In this document: positions 41,066-53,111 of the stretch, one piece after another | How the letters are laid out: every line of letters starts with the position of its first letter | Position numbering within the stretch: the stretch's first letter is position 1 | Source of the DNA: Dipteris shenzhenensis | Taxonomy: Eukaryota | Strand: one strand, 5' to 3' | Length of the DNA stretch: 64,000 nucleotides | Assembly: GCA_047967505.1 (NCBI GenBank) | Contig: CM106538.1 | Notes under the pieces: model-generated | The model's database searches: none | What the model was told of the DNA's origin: nothing | Seen by the model: the letters and a program-made list of their open reading frames with translations, nothing else | Made by a program: the position numbers and the translations under genes

Positions 41066-41238
41066 AAACCTTAAGCATGCCGGGTGTTCCTGGGGTATGT
41101 CCAAAAACATTTGCTCAAAAACAAGATTTTAGCCTTTTCTCTATCTTTTTACACCATATCGCGTTTTCAAGCAAACTCTTAGGTTGCTGATTTCCTTGTG
41201 ATGTTTGGGTTTTTTTCCAGGAGAAGAGCAGAAATACT

Positions 41239-42673
41239 ATGGCAAGAACCAAAGCAATAGCCATAAGGAAAAGAAAAGAACCTGACATTATAGGGGCTAT
41301 CATGGCTCCATCCAAGTCTAAATCCTCAAAGAAGGGGAAGCCTGTGCACATGCTAGCAAGGAACAAGAAGAAAAGAGTGAACCAAAGCAGATCTATCCTC
41401 ATGGAGATCAGGAAGGCTCAGAAAGCCATAGGATATGCAATACCCATGGCACCATTCCAGATGCTAGTCAGGGCAATATGCATGAACTGGCATGTGGACT
41501 TTAGACGGCAAAGGACTGCACTACTTGCTCTATAAGAAGCTACTGAAGAGTGGCTCATAGAGTTTTTCATGGACACCATGATGGTAGCAGCACATGCACA
41601 CAGGGTCACCATCATGAAGAAAGACATCCAAAAATTTGTCAGGGTCAAATATAGATATGACAAGATCCTTAATGTAGAGGATTGGGATGATCTCAAAATG
41701 AGAGATATCTTGTTGATACCTCCAGCCAGGAAACCTAAAGATGATGGATTCAAGGAACGTCATACCAGAGGCAAGTTCCCTTCATTCCCATTGCAGTTGT
41801 CTCAAAAGACTAATGGATGCACTCGACCTCCGTGATCCAAAGTTAAAGATGTTAGATTCAGCACCCAATGTCATTGCAAGTACAGTAATCATTGTCACTT
41901 ATCTTTATCTCCCTCTTATTTTTGCACTCTTCATAGTCCAATATACATCTTAGCTTTCTATTTTGATAAAACAAACACCACAACAGGAGGATCCTTTCTC
42001 CTGTGGATGGAGGACTCTCATCAGTGCCAAATATATGATGGACACATACTTTTCAGAGAAACAGCCTGAATTTGTGAGTGCTTTCATTGCATACTATTTG
42101 AGAAGTTCTAAATTTAATGCATTGATACAGAAATATTGAAAACATTCTTTGTTTTTATTGTAGATGAAAGAGGATAGTTTTGGCTCTGAATATGTACATA
42201 GCTTTAGAGAAAAGATAATTCTGAGGCTGCTAGAGCACTCTTCCCCTTGTCCAACACCAGACCAACCAGTCTATACAAGAGAGGGCTCAAAAGATGCTAA
42301 GGATCACCGAGTTAAACAAGAGGCTCAGAATGTCCCAGGCACTAGCAATCTAGAAGACATTCTAGAAGGTGTCGGTGTTGATGAGCTACTTGATCTTTTC
42401 CAAAAGCCCGAGCCTATGCACAAGGAGGCAAGGACGTCAAAGTAGCACAACCGAGCCCATGGACGAGGAGGCAGGGACACCAAAGCAACAAGAGGAGTCG
42501 ATGCAGGAGGAGTGGATGCAGGAGGAGGCAGTACTGACAGAGGATGTGCAGCAGCAGGATGTAGAGCAGCTAGATCCATAGCAGGATCCACAACAGGATG
42601 TAGAGCAGTTGGATCCATAGCAAGATCCACAATACGATGTACAGCAGCAGGATCCACAGCACCAGCAACATGA
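41239..42673 (+). pseudogene. Divergent histone H3-like gene continuing into a degenerate Ulp1/C48 peptidase-like domain and a Q/D/E-rich tail
   Basis: MARTK...ILMEIRKAQK...IPMAPFQMLVRAI...DFRRQRTALLAL*EATEEWLIEFFMDTMMVAAHAHRVTIMKKDIQKFVRV aligns without gaps to the H3 fold; the stop at 41533 is TAA at the conserved Q. Downstream: FIPI...*W / ALDLRDPKLKMLDS, exon TPQQEDPFSCGWR (41975-42073), exon MKEDSF..VHSFREKIILRLLE (from 42164). Confidence 0.85.
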
Positions 42674-42962
42674 GCAGCATGTGGAAGATTCTTAGGAGTC
42701 TCCATTGCAAAAAAGTCAAGAGAGAGATTCTGAGCAATAATAGAAAAATACATGATACTTGTAATCATTTTGTATTAATACATCAAATGTAAACTTTTTT
42801 TTTTGGTTGCAAGTAATACCTGAGTGAATAGCTTTGTATTATCTGAATTGTTCTATTTACAATGTCCTTGCATTGATTTTTGCTTACGCTCCTTTGAAGT
42901 ATCTGCAAAAATAATTTTTTAGCAATATGTAAATGTATTATGCAAATGTAAAAAGAATCAAA

Positions 42963-44283
42963 TTAGGAGAAACACAAGGTGGTCAAATTAGGAGAAACAT
43001 AGGGTGGAAACCAACTTACTTTCCTATTGTTCAAAATGAATGAAAATTCTTTATGGATATTGTTTTGAGTCTCCATAATAATGTCATTGTGTAACTGATA
43101 GAGAGTGCAGCATTGTCCCAGTGAGATGGATGTTAGAAGGATGTCATTCTCAATAACATTGTTTTCAAGTATTGGACCTAATGACCTCTCATCTTGGTCC
43201 ATTGCCACAAGTTTTGTGCCTATCATCCAACTGCATTTATAGTAAAAAGAGAAAATAAAATGTTGTGAGGCAATCATGTAGTTAATGTTGATGGAGTTAT
43301 GAGCAACCTCACAATACACATTTTTGGCCACCATTCTATCCCAACCATTATCCATAAATTTTGGATTTGGAATTGGAACTTCATCATATCCTTTTTCTTT
43401 GAAAGTCAACATTGTCTTACAAACTTTAACTGGATAATCCTAAAAAAGTTCTACAAAAACTCTAAGTGGCATGAAAACGTTGATTTTAACTATCCTGGTA
43501 GCAATATTTGGTTTCAGGGAATGTTATACTTCCGAAAATAGTTTGGCTCTATAGGATTCTGTGATGCTGCCATCGGGGACTGGCCAATCAACTGTATTCC
43601 ATGCCGGGAGATCTTGCTTTTTTAATAAACCGTGTGAGTGAGCATTGTCCATCAATTGATAAAAGTGATCATAAAAAAATATACCCGATTCAGCCAAGGT
43701 TTTTGATTTTTAACGTCTGTACTATAGCTCCCCAATAGCACCATGTAAAGCATCAAAGAATCCGAGTATGCACTCTAGTGGTTACCACTCTTCGTATGAT
43801 GAGGGGTATATATCTGAATGAAAACAAAGACATTGTCTGTCATTGAAAGAAACAGATATTTCATTTCAAGTATTTCATTTCACAAATACACTTATAATTG
43901 GGTCTATAATGTAAAAGATAAGCAAGATGATCTCGTAATACAAGTTCTTGGTGCATGTAGACATGTATCCGAACCTCTCTAATGCATCTTGTGCCTTCCT
44001 TTTTTACTCTGAAATCTTTCACTCTTCCCTTTCAAGAAGCCAAAAAAGTGTTCGTTGATTGCTGCTTTCTTCGCTTGTTGGGTTGCATTAGAACTCAAAC
44101 TCCTTTCGCCACTGCTATCCTTTTCTAGCTACCGGCCACATTCACAGTATTGGAAACTTCTACACATGAGATTAGTGAGGTAGGTCTTCGCGGCAAATAG
44201 ATACTTTGAACATCTAGATCTTCGCCAGGTATAGGCCGGACAGACCGCTTCCTAGTGGCACGACCAAAGTTTTTGGTTGCCAT
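42963..44283 (-). pseudogene. Degraded gene of unknown function, convergent with the H3-like gene
   Basis: Protein-like frames (...ECILGFFDALHGAIGEL...DLPAWNTVDWPVPDG...VKINVFMPLRVFVELF... then ORF 42963-43412) interrupted by stops and frameshifts. Confidence 0.45.
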
Positions 44284-44649
44284 CTGAAATCCTCACTCTA
44301 ATACCTTCAAAGTCAAAGGAACACACACTAAAATAGTAAGTCCATTGCTCCAGAAGACTTAAGGAGCAACGAGTGAAACAAAAGCACATAAGAAAATAAT
44401 CAATAATTTGATCAAAACCCAGACAAAGAAAGAGATACGGGCATAGAGCCACCAAACTAAATTCTGGAGATGTACAAAGTGACAAGGGACAAGACACAGA
44501 CATAGAGCCAGATTTACAAATCAACAATAGTGGATATTACACAGTGCCAAATAGCGCACGAGAGGAGGGTGAAGAACCAAACGAAGGAGCACCAAAAAGT
44601 CCATCGAGACTTCCACAACCACTGGTTCCACCAATGGCACACCCAAATG

Positions 44650-45310
44650 TGGCCAGTTTGAAATGTAAGTTTTCAAAATTCTGAGAAAAAGAGAACATCT
44701 GGACAGTCACGTGGCTTAATTCAAGAACTATGGTAGGAAAGCAGCTTCAACACTTCGTTTAGAGATTAAGAAAAGCTCCAACAGTTTGCTAGAATGCTTG
44801 CTGTAAAGCAATGAGATGGTTCACCCCATATGGAGTGGCAAATTTTACAACATATGAGGAACTCAAGACGTCATTTCTGGAAATATTCAAAAAGGAGAAG
44901 ACTCCAAGTAATGTTCAAAAAAAGTTGCGGGAATTGAAATAGAGAAAGCTAATAGTGGGGGGTCATGCTCAGCAATATCTCAATTTGAATAAAAGACTTG
45001 ATCCTACCAAAAGACCAACACCAAAAACAATTTTACAAGGGAATGCAGCTGGAAATCAAAAGTGTCGTGCGACAACATGGCTATTCCAGTGGGTCAAAAT
45101 GGATTCAACACTCTCATAGAGGCAGCCAAATGCATCAAAAGAAAAATCGGCACAACAAGGAAAACGAAGAAGACGTGTATAGATTCTGAAGAAGATTTTG
45201 ATAATAGTCCAAACGACTCAAAAATTGAGTCCAATTCTGGATCCGCCACAAGCAATGATGATTTCGACAATGATTTTGATGATGATGAAAAGAAAAATAA
45301 ACACTTTGGA
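44650..45310 (+). pseudogene. Retrotransposon gag-like fragment (duplicate)
   Basis: Duplicate of 35800-36460. Confidence 0.65.
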
Positions 45311-45595
45311 TGAGGCGTGGAGAGGTGGAGCAGATAGAGGAGAAAGAGGCTATACTAAACTTCCTACCTAGAGTGTGGGTGATATAGTTGTTCAATGGGA
45401 AATGGTAATATAAAGTAGTCAGAGCCCTTAATAGATGTAGCAAGGACGAAGCTCGATAGGTGGCTCATAGAATGGAAAGAATCTCGCATTGCCATTCATA
45501 GAAAAAACCAAAAGGAGAAAGTGACAGTCGGTAGACTATCGAATGTCGCCATGAAATATTATACCCAGATTGCTAACAGTACACTTTCCACTGGT

Positions 45596-45853
45596 TGCAT
45601 TGAAAATTCTCGAGGAATTGGGTGGGGGAGTGGAAGGAAAAGTGTATCAACGGGTTAAGTTAGAAAGTGTGCCATGTTTCAAGACAATTCTATTTTATGC
45701 TGGGTAAGAAGTTGAGGCACGATACTGCACATGCACATAAATCGTTGAAGACAGAGCTGGCAATGACCATAATGCATAGGGCCATGTATCGAGCCATTGG
45801 TTACACGCACATTAGCAATCTTTGGTTAATCAGCCCATACTTTAATAGAGGTA
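45596..45853 (+). pseudogene. Protein kinase N-lobe fragment (duplicate)
   Basis: Duplicate of 36750-37007. Confidence 0.65.
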
Positions 45854-46630
45854 CACTAAAAGGCATAGGTCCTTTTCCGATGAAAATACTGACCTTTTTT
45901 ACACATAAGTTTTTTTAACGAGTGTAAAGGTTGTTATTTACATCGCGATAAACGTCGAAAAAGAACAGTCACTATATAGCGACACTAATAAACGTTGCTA
46001 TATAGTGACATTGATAAACGTCACTATATAGTGACACTCGTAAACATCGATATATAGTGACACTAGTAAACATCGCTATATAGCAACAACTAACAGAAGC
46101 TTTTAAAAAACATTAATGGGGCTAAACAAGGCCACATCAAGCCCTCTTTTGCCCCACTAATGTTTTTTATTTAGTAATTACAAAATAATGTTTTTTATTA
46201 CAACATTTCCCTTGTGGAAAGGGTGATACAAAATTGCTCAAATGAATCGCGCGACAGAAGCATATACATGTCGAAGATATACAACGTTGTTTGTTACAAA
46301 ATGACCCTTTCGAAAAGGGTGATACAAAATTGCTCAAACAAGCCGATATACAAAAGCATATATATGGCGAAGTATATGCAAACTACTACTACTACTATGC
46401 TCATCTGAATCGTCGTCCTCCTCCTCATCCTCATCTTGTTGACCTGCTCCCTGGCCCTCCTGAGCTGTGTCTGCTCCTTGGCCCTCGTGAGCTGTGCCCC
46501 TAGCCCTCGTCGAAGCCGTGTAAGCCTAATCCCTCATCATCACCACTCACCTCCACTGATGGGATGTTTGAGCTTTGATTCTAAGAGTGAAACCATATTA
46601 ATTTGCAATTAGATTGGAACTTAAAGAATA
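45854..46630 (-). mobile_element. Inverted CACTA right-terminal fragment (duplicate)
   Basis: CACTAAAAGGCATAGG at 45854; duplicate of 37008-37800. Confidence 0.85.
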
Positions 46631-49600
46631 AAAAACACGATATGAGTGTCTTTATAATTAAATAAACTAAAATCGCGTTTTCTAGCAAAAACTCCTATTG
46701 ATGCAAAAACATCATGTCCAGAGAAAATCAGGTGAACTGCAAGATAGTTGTGTTGATCATTCAAAAGCTCTTCACAAGATGAAGCAGATGACTATGACCT
46801 GATGCAGTAGAATTAGATAGATGAAGAAGACAATTGGAAAGGTAGATCAAGACTGTGGTGTATTTAAGTACCTGATTCCTTTCTCTCCATGGCTTTTGCA
46901 CAAGTGTAGGTAGGTGGGGATGATGATGGGGAAAAAAGAAAGGCCTAAAGTATTGTCCAAATGAAGATGAGGAAGAAGATGAAGATTCAAAACTGTTGAA
47001 TGGATGGGGAAAAGTGAAGGTAAGAGGAGATGGCAGAGATATCTATTCAAGTCACACTTGTTAGCCACACATGCCAAAACTGGTCTTCAAGGTACTATAC
47101 TTAGAGTATCTAGTGATTGCATGCACCCATTTTTAGACCAAGCTGCTAGACTTAATCATTCCCTTTGTCATCTCCATCTCTAGTTTCATCTTCCTCCCTA
47201 TAGGGTTGTGACAGACAACCTCAACAGCTCTATTACCCTGAACCAATACAGCTCCAAGTCCTTCCCCTAAACCCACTACAACTCTATCTCAACCCATCAA
47301 GTTGACACCCATTAAACTGTTATCCACACTGACCCACTACAACTCAAGATATATCAAGCTGACAACCATCAAGCTGTCACCCATCAAGCTCTACTCACAT
47401 TGATACATACTAATAAGGTTAGTACCTTTTGCTAGAAAATGCAATATTCATGTTTCTTAAGGAAAACTGCTCCAAATCACATTTTTTATCAAATTTTTGC
47501 ACACCTAGCATATTTTGCTAATAAACATGATATAGGGTGTTTTAATGGAAAAGAGCCTCAAATCACGTTTCCTAGAAGAAAAAAGTTATTCTCTATGTGA
47601 TATGTCATTGGCACCTAAAGAAAGGTGAGGTCTACACAATCACAGATCAAGGAAACAGTACTGCCCACAAATATAGCAGATTCCTAAGTGCTATATATAA
47701 GTACTTGGATTTGTTTTGTCCATCGCTGGCCCTGGTGACTTGTCTATTGCTCTTGCATAGGTGCAGTAAGGGGGCGGTGTTGGGGGGATGATGGGAGTAA
47801 GGGGGGGAGGGGGGGTGTTGAAGCGATGATGAGAGTAGGGGGGGGGGTAATGATGGTGGTGATGCAGATAAGGATGTGGTGTAGGGATGTAGGAAAGTGT
47901 AGATCAAAACTACTAGAGGGATGGAGAAAAGTGTAGATAAGTGGAAAGGGCACAGTTTTCAATGCATGACACATCTGTCTTCTAAGCCAAACGTGTGGAA
48001 AACGATCTTCGAGGTACCTATGCATTCATTTCCTCATGATTGCTTGCATAGATTTTGAGACAAAATCGCCTCTAAGTAGAGTTACCCTTCATTTCATCCC
48101 TATCTTTAGTTTCAGTTGCCTCCAACCTCACTACCTCACCAGCTCCAGCTCCAACCCCACTACCTCACCACCTCCAGCTCCAACCTCACCACCTCCAGCT
48201 CCAACCTCACTACCTCACCACCTCCATCACAGAGTCCCACTGCAGCTCCAACTCCACCACCCACTGCAGCTCTAGCCACAACCACCCTAGCTCCATCTCA
48301 CACCTCTCCAGCTCTAGCTCTAGCTCTAGCTCTACACACAAGCCCACTGGGTAAGCAATCTATCACCTATCATTGGTTTATCCTATTGTTAAGGTGAAAT
48401 GGCCATTCCATAGCTTTCTCTCAAAGACACTTTCTGAAATGTTTTTTTGAGCACATCTCATTTGTATTCTAGGGTTTACGTGCATGGTGGAGTATAACTG
48501 ATTGATTAGACTGGGCTTAAGCAAAATTTGCTCAAAAACACAATTTAAGCTATTTGTTTTTCTCTTCCATATCGCATTTTCTAGCAAAAAGTCCTTCCTC
48601 TTGATGCAAAAACATCATGTTTAGAAAAGTTTAGGTAAATGCCTAATAGCTGTTGATGCAGTAGAATTAGATAGATCAAGACTGTGGCTTTTGCGCAAGT
48701 ATAGGTAGGTGGGGATAATGATGCGAGAAAACACATGCCAAAATTGGTCTTCAAGGTACTATATTTAGAGTATCTAGTGATTTCATGCACCTGTTTTAAA
48801 ACCAGGCTTTTTAGAGTATCATTCATTTTGTCCTCCCTACAGGCTTGTGCACACCTAGCATGTTTTGCTAATAAATGTGATATAGGGTGTTTTTATGGAA
48901 AAGAGCCTCAAATCACGTTTTCTAGAAAAAAATGTTATCCTTTATGGACCAAGTACTAGCACCTAAGAAAAGATGAGGTCTACACAACCACAAATCAAGA
49001 AAACACTACTGCAAACAAATATAGCAGATTCCTAAGTGGTAGAATAAGTACCTAAATTTTTTCTATCCATGACTGGCCCTGGTGACTTGTTTGTGGCTCT
49101 TGCACAAGTGCAGTAAGGGTGGGGGGGGTGTTGGGGGAATGATGGGAGTAAGGCAGGGGGGGGAGGGGGGGGGGGGCGGATGATGATGGCAGTGATGCAA
49201 ATCAGAACTGCTAGAGGGATGGAGGAAATTGTAGATCAGAACTACTAGAGGGATGGAGAAAGTGTAGATAAGAGGAAAGGGCATAGTTTCCAATGCATGT
49301 CACATCTTTCTTGTCAGCCACACATTTGGAAAACGGTCTTCTAGGTTCCTGTGTATTTATTTCCTCATCATTGTTTGCATAGATTTTGAGACAAAACCCC
49401 CTCTAAGTAGAGCTACCCTTCATTTCATCCCTATTTCTAGTTTCAGTTGCCTCCAACCTCACCACCTCCAGCCCCAACCTCACTACCTCACTAGCTCTTG
49501 CTCCAGCCCCACTACCTCACCACCTCCATCACAGAGTCCCACTGCAGCTCCAACTCCAACCTCCCTCACCAGCTCCACCACCCACTGCAACTACAGCCAC

Positions 49601-50068
49601 AACCTCCCTAGGTCCATCTCACACCTCCCCAGCTCTAGCTCTAGTTGTACACAAAAGCCCAGGTAAGCAATCTGTCACAAGTCATTAGTTTTTCCTGTTA
49701 GTAAGGTGAAATGACCATTCCATAGCTTTTTCTCAAAGGCACTCTATGAGTTGTTTTTCTAAACACATCTCATCTACATTGTAGGGTTTAGGAGGATGGT
49801 AGAGTCCAAACTGATTGATTAGAGTAGGCTTTAGTACATTTGCTCAAAATTTGAGCTTGTTCTTTGTTTTTCTCCTCCATATCGTGTTTTCTAGAAAACC
49901 TTAAGCATGCCGGGTGTTCCTGGGGTATGTCCAAAAACATTTGCTCAAAAACAAGATTTTAGCCTTTTCTCTATCTTTTTACACCATATCGCGTTTTCAA
50001 GCAAACTCTTAGGTTGCTGATTTCCTTGTGATGTTTGGGTTTTTTTCCAGGAGAAGAGCAGAAATACT

Positions 50069-51507
50069 ATGGCAAGAACCAAAGCAATAGCCATAAGGAA
50101 AAGAAAAAGACCTGACATTATAGGGGCTGTCATGGCTCCATCCAAGTCTAAATCCTCAAAGAAGGGGAAGCATGTGCACATGCTAGCAAGGAACAAGAAG
50201 AAAAGAGTGAACCAAAGCAGATCTATCCTGATGGAGATCAGGAAGGCTCAGAAAGACGTAGGATATGCAATACCCATGGCACCATTCCAGATGCTAGTCA
50301 GGGCAATATGCATGAACTGGCATGTGGACTTTAGACGGCAAAGGACTGCACTACTTGCTCTATAAGAAGCTACTGAAGAGTGGCTCATAGAGTTTTTCAT
50401 GGACACCATGATGGTAGCAGCACATGCACACAGGGTCACCATCATGAAGAAAGACATCCAAAAATTTGTCAGGGTCAAATATAGATATGACAAGATCCTT
50501 AATGGAGAGGATTGGGATGATCTCAAAATGAGAGATATATATCTTGTTGATACCTCCAGCCAGGAAAGCTAAAGATGATGGATTCAAGGAACGTCATACC
50601 AGAGGCAAGTTCCCTTCATTCCCATTGCAGTTGTCTCAAAAGACTAATGGATGCACTCGACCTCCGTGATCCAAAGTTAAAGATGTTAGATTCAGCACCC
50701 AATGTCATTGCAAGTACAGTAATCATTGTCACTTATCTTTATCTCCCTTTTATTTTTGCACTCTTCATAGTCCAATATACATCTTAGCTTTCTATTTTGA
50801 TAAAACAAATACCACAACAGGAGGATCCTTTCTCCTGTGGATGGAGGACTCTCATCAGTGCCAAATATATGATGGACACATACTTTTCAGAGAAACAGCC
50901 TGAATTTGTGAGTGCTTTCATTGCATACTATTTGAGAAGTTCTAAATGTAATGCATTGATACAAAAATATTGAAAACATTCTTTGTTTTTATTGTAGATG
51001 AAAGAGGATAGTTTTGGCTCTGAATATGTACATAGCTTTAGAGAAAAGATAATTTTGAGGCTGCTAGAGCACTCTTCCCCTTGTCCAACACCAGACCAAC
51101 CAGTCCATACAAGAGAGGGCTCAAAAGGTGCTAAGGATCACCGAGTTAAACAAGAGGCTCAGAATGTCCCAGGCACTAGCAATCTAGAAGACATTCTAGA
51201 AGGTGTCGGTGTTGATGAGCTACTTGATCTTTTCCAAAAGCCCGAGCCTATGCACAAGGAGGCAAGGACGTCAAAGTAGCACAACCGAGCCCATGGACGA
51301 GGAGGCAGGGACACCAAAGCAACAAGAGGAGTCGATGCAGGAGCAGTGGATGCAGGAGGAGGTAGTACTGACAGAGGATGTGCAGCAGCAGGATGTAGAG
51401 CAGCTAGATCCATAGCAGGATCCACAACAGGATGTAGAGCAGTTGGATCCATAGCAAGATCCACAATACAATGTACAGCAGCAGGATCCACAGCACCAGC
51501 AACATGA
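50069..51507 (+). pseudogene. Divergent histone H3-like/Ulp1-like gene (duplicate)
   Basis: Same sequence with the same TAA (50363) plus an extra 4-nt ATAT insertion at ~50538. Confidence 0.85.
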
Positions 51508-51796
51508 GCAGCATGTGGAAGATTCTTAGGAGTCTCCATTGCAAAAAAGTCAAGAGAGAGATTCTGAGCAATAATAGAAAAATACATGATACTTGTAATC
51601 ATTTTGTATTAATACATCAAATGTAAACTTTTTTTTTTGATTGCAAGTAATACCTGAGTAAATAGCTTTGTATTATCTGAATTGTTCTATTTACAATGTC
51701 CTTGCATTGATTTTTGCTTACGCTCCTTTGAAGTATCTGCAAAAATAATTTTTTAGCAATATGTAAATGTATTATGCAAATGTAAAGAGAATCAAA

Positions 51797-53111
51797 TTAG
51801 GAGAAACACAGGGTGGTCAAATTAGGAGAAACATAGGGTGGAAACCAACTTACTTTCCTATTGTTCAAAATGAATGAAAATTCTTTATGGATATTGTTTT
51901 GAGTCTCCATAATAATGTCATTGCGTAACTGATAGAGAGTGCAGCATTGTCCCAGTGAGATGGATGTTAGAAGGATGTCATTCTCAATAACATTGTTTTC
52001 AAGTATTGGACCTAATGACCTCTCATCTTGGTCCATTGCCACAAGTTTTGTGCCTATCATCCAACTGCATTTATAGTAAAAAGAGAAAATAAAATGTTGT
52101 GAGGCAATCATGTAGTTAATGTTGATGGAGTTATGAGCAACCTCACAATACACATTTTTGGCCACCATTCTATCCCAACCATTATCCAAAAATTTTGGAA
52201 TTGGAACTTCATCATATCCTTTTTCTTTGAAAGTCAACATTGTCTTACAAACTTTAACTGGATAATCCTAAAAAAGTTCTACAAAAACTCTAAGTGGCAT
52301 GAAAACGTTGATTTTAACTATCCTGGTAGCAATATTTGGTTTCAGGGAATGTTATACTTTCGAAAATAGTTTGGCTCTATAGGATTCTGTGATGCTGCCA
52401 TCGGGGACTGGCCAATCAACTGTATTCCATGCCGGGAGATCTTGCTTTTTTAATAAACCGTGTGAGTGAGCATTGTCCATCAATTGATAAAAGTGATCAT
52501 AAAAAAATATACCCGATTCAGCCAAGGTTTTTGATTTTTAACGTCTGTACTATAGCTCCCCAATAGCACCATGTAAAGCATCAAAGAATCCGAGTATGCA
52601 CTCCAGTGGTTACCACTCTTCGTATGATGAGGGGTATATATCTGAATGAAAACAAAGACATTGTCTGTCATTGAAAGAAACAGATATTTCATTTCAAGTA
52701 TTTCATTTCACAAATACATTTAGAATTGGGTCTATAATGTAAAAGATAAGCAAGATGATCTCGTAATACAAGTTCTTGGTGCATGTAGACATGTATCCGA
52801 ACCTCTCTGACGCATCTTGTGCCTTCCTTTTTTACTCTGAAATCTTTCACTCTTCCTTTTCAAGAAGCCAAAAAAGTGTTAGTTGATTGCTGCTTTCTTC
52901 GCTTGTTGGGTTGCATTAGAACTCAAACTCCTTTCACCACTGCTATCCTTTTCTAGCTACCGGCCACATTCACAGTATTGGAAACTTCTACACATGAGAT
53001 TAGTGAGGTAGGTCTTCATGGCAAAGAGATACTTTGTACATCCAGATCTTCGCCAGGTATAGGCCGGACAGACCGCTTCCTAGTGGCACGACCAAAGTTT
53101 TTGGTTGCCAT
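51797..53111 (-). pseudogene. Degraded gene of unknown function (duplicate)
   Basis: Duplicate of 42963-44283. Confidence 0.45.

Larger units (their letters stand above)
35493..44340. repeat. Tandem segmental duplication, copy 1 (8848 bp)
   Basis: Runs TCCATTGCTCCAGAAGAC ... CACACTAAAATAGTAAG and is immediately followed by a near-identical copy. Confidence 0.96.

Noticed and set aside
41533-41535. H3 stop codon rescued by U-to-C RNA editing or readthrough
   Set aside because: Such editing is organellar; the same gene has further stops and frameshifts, so ordinary decay is simpler.
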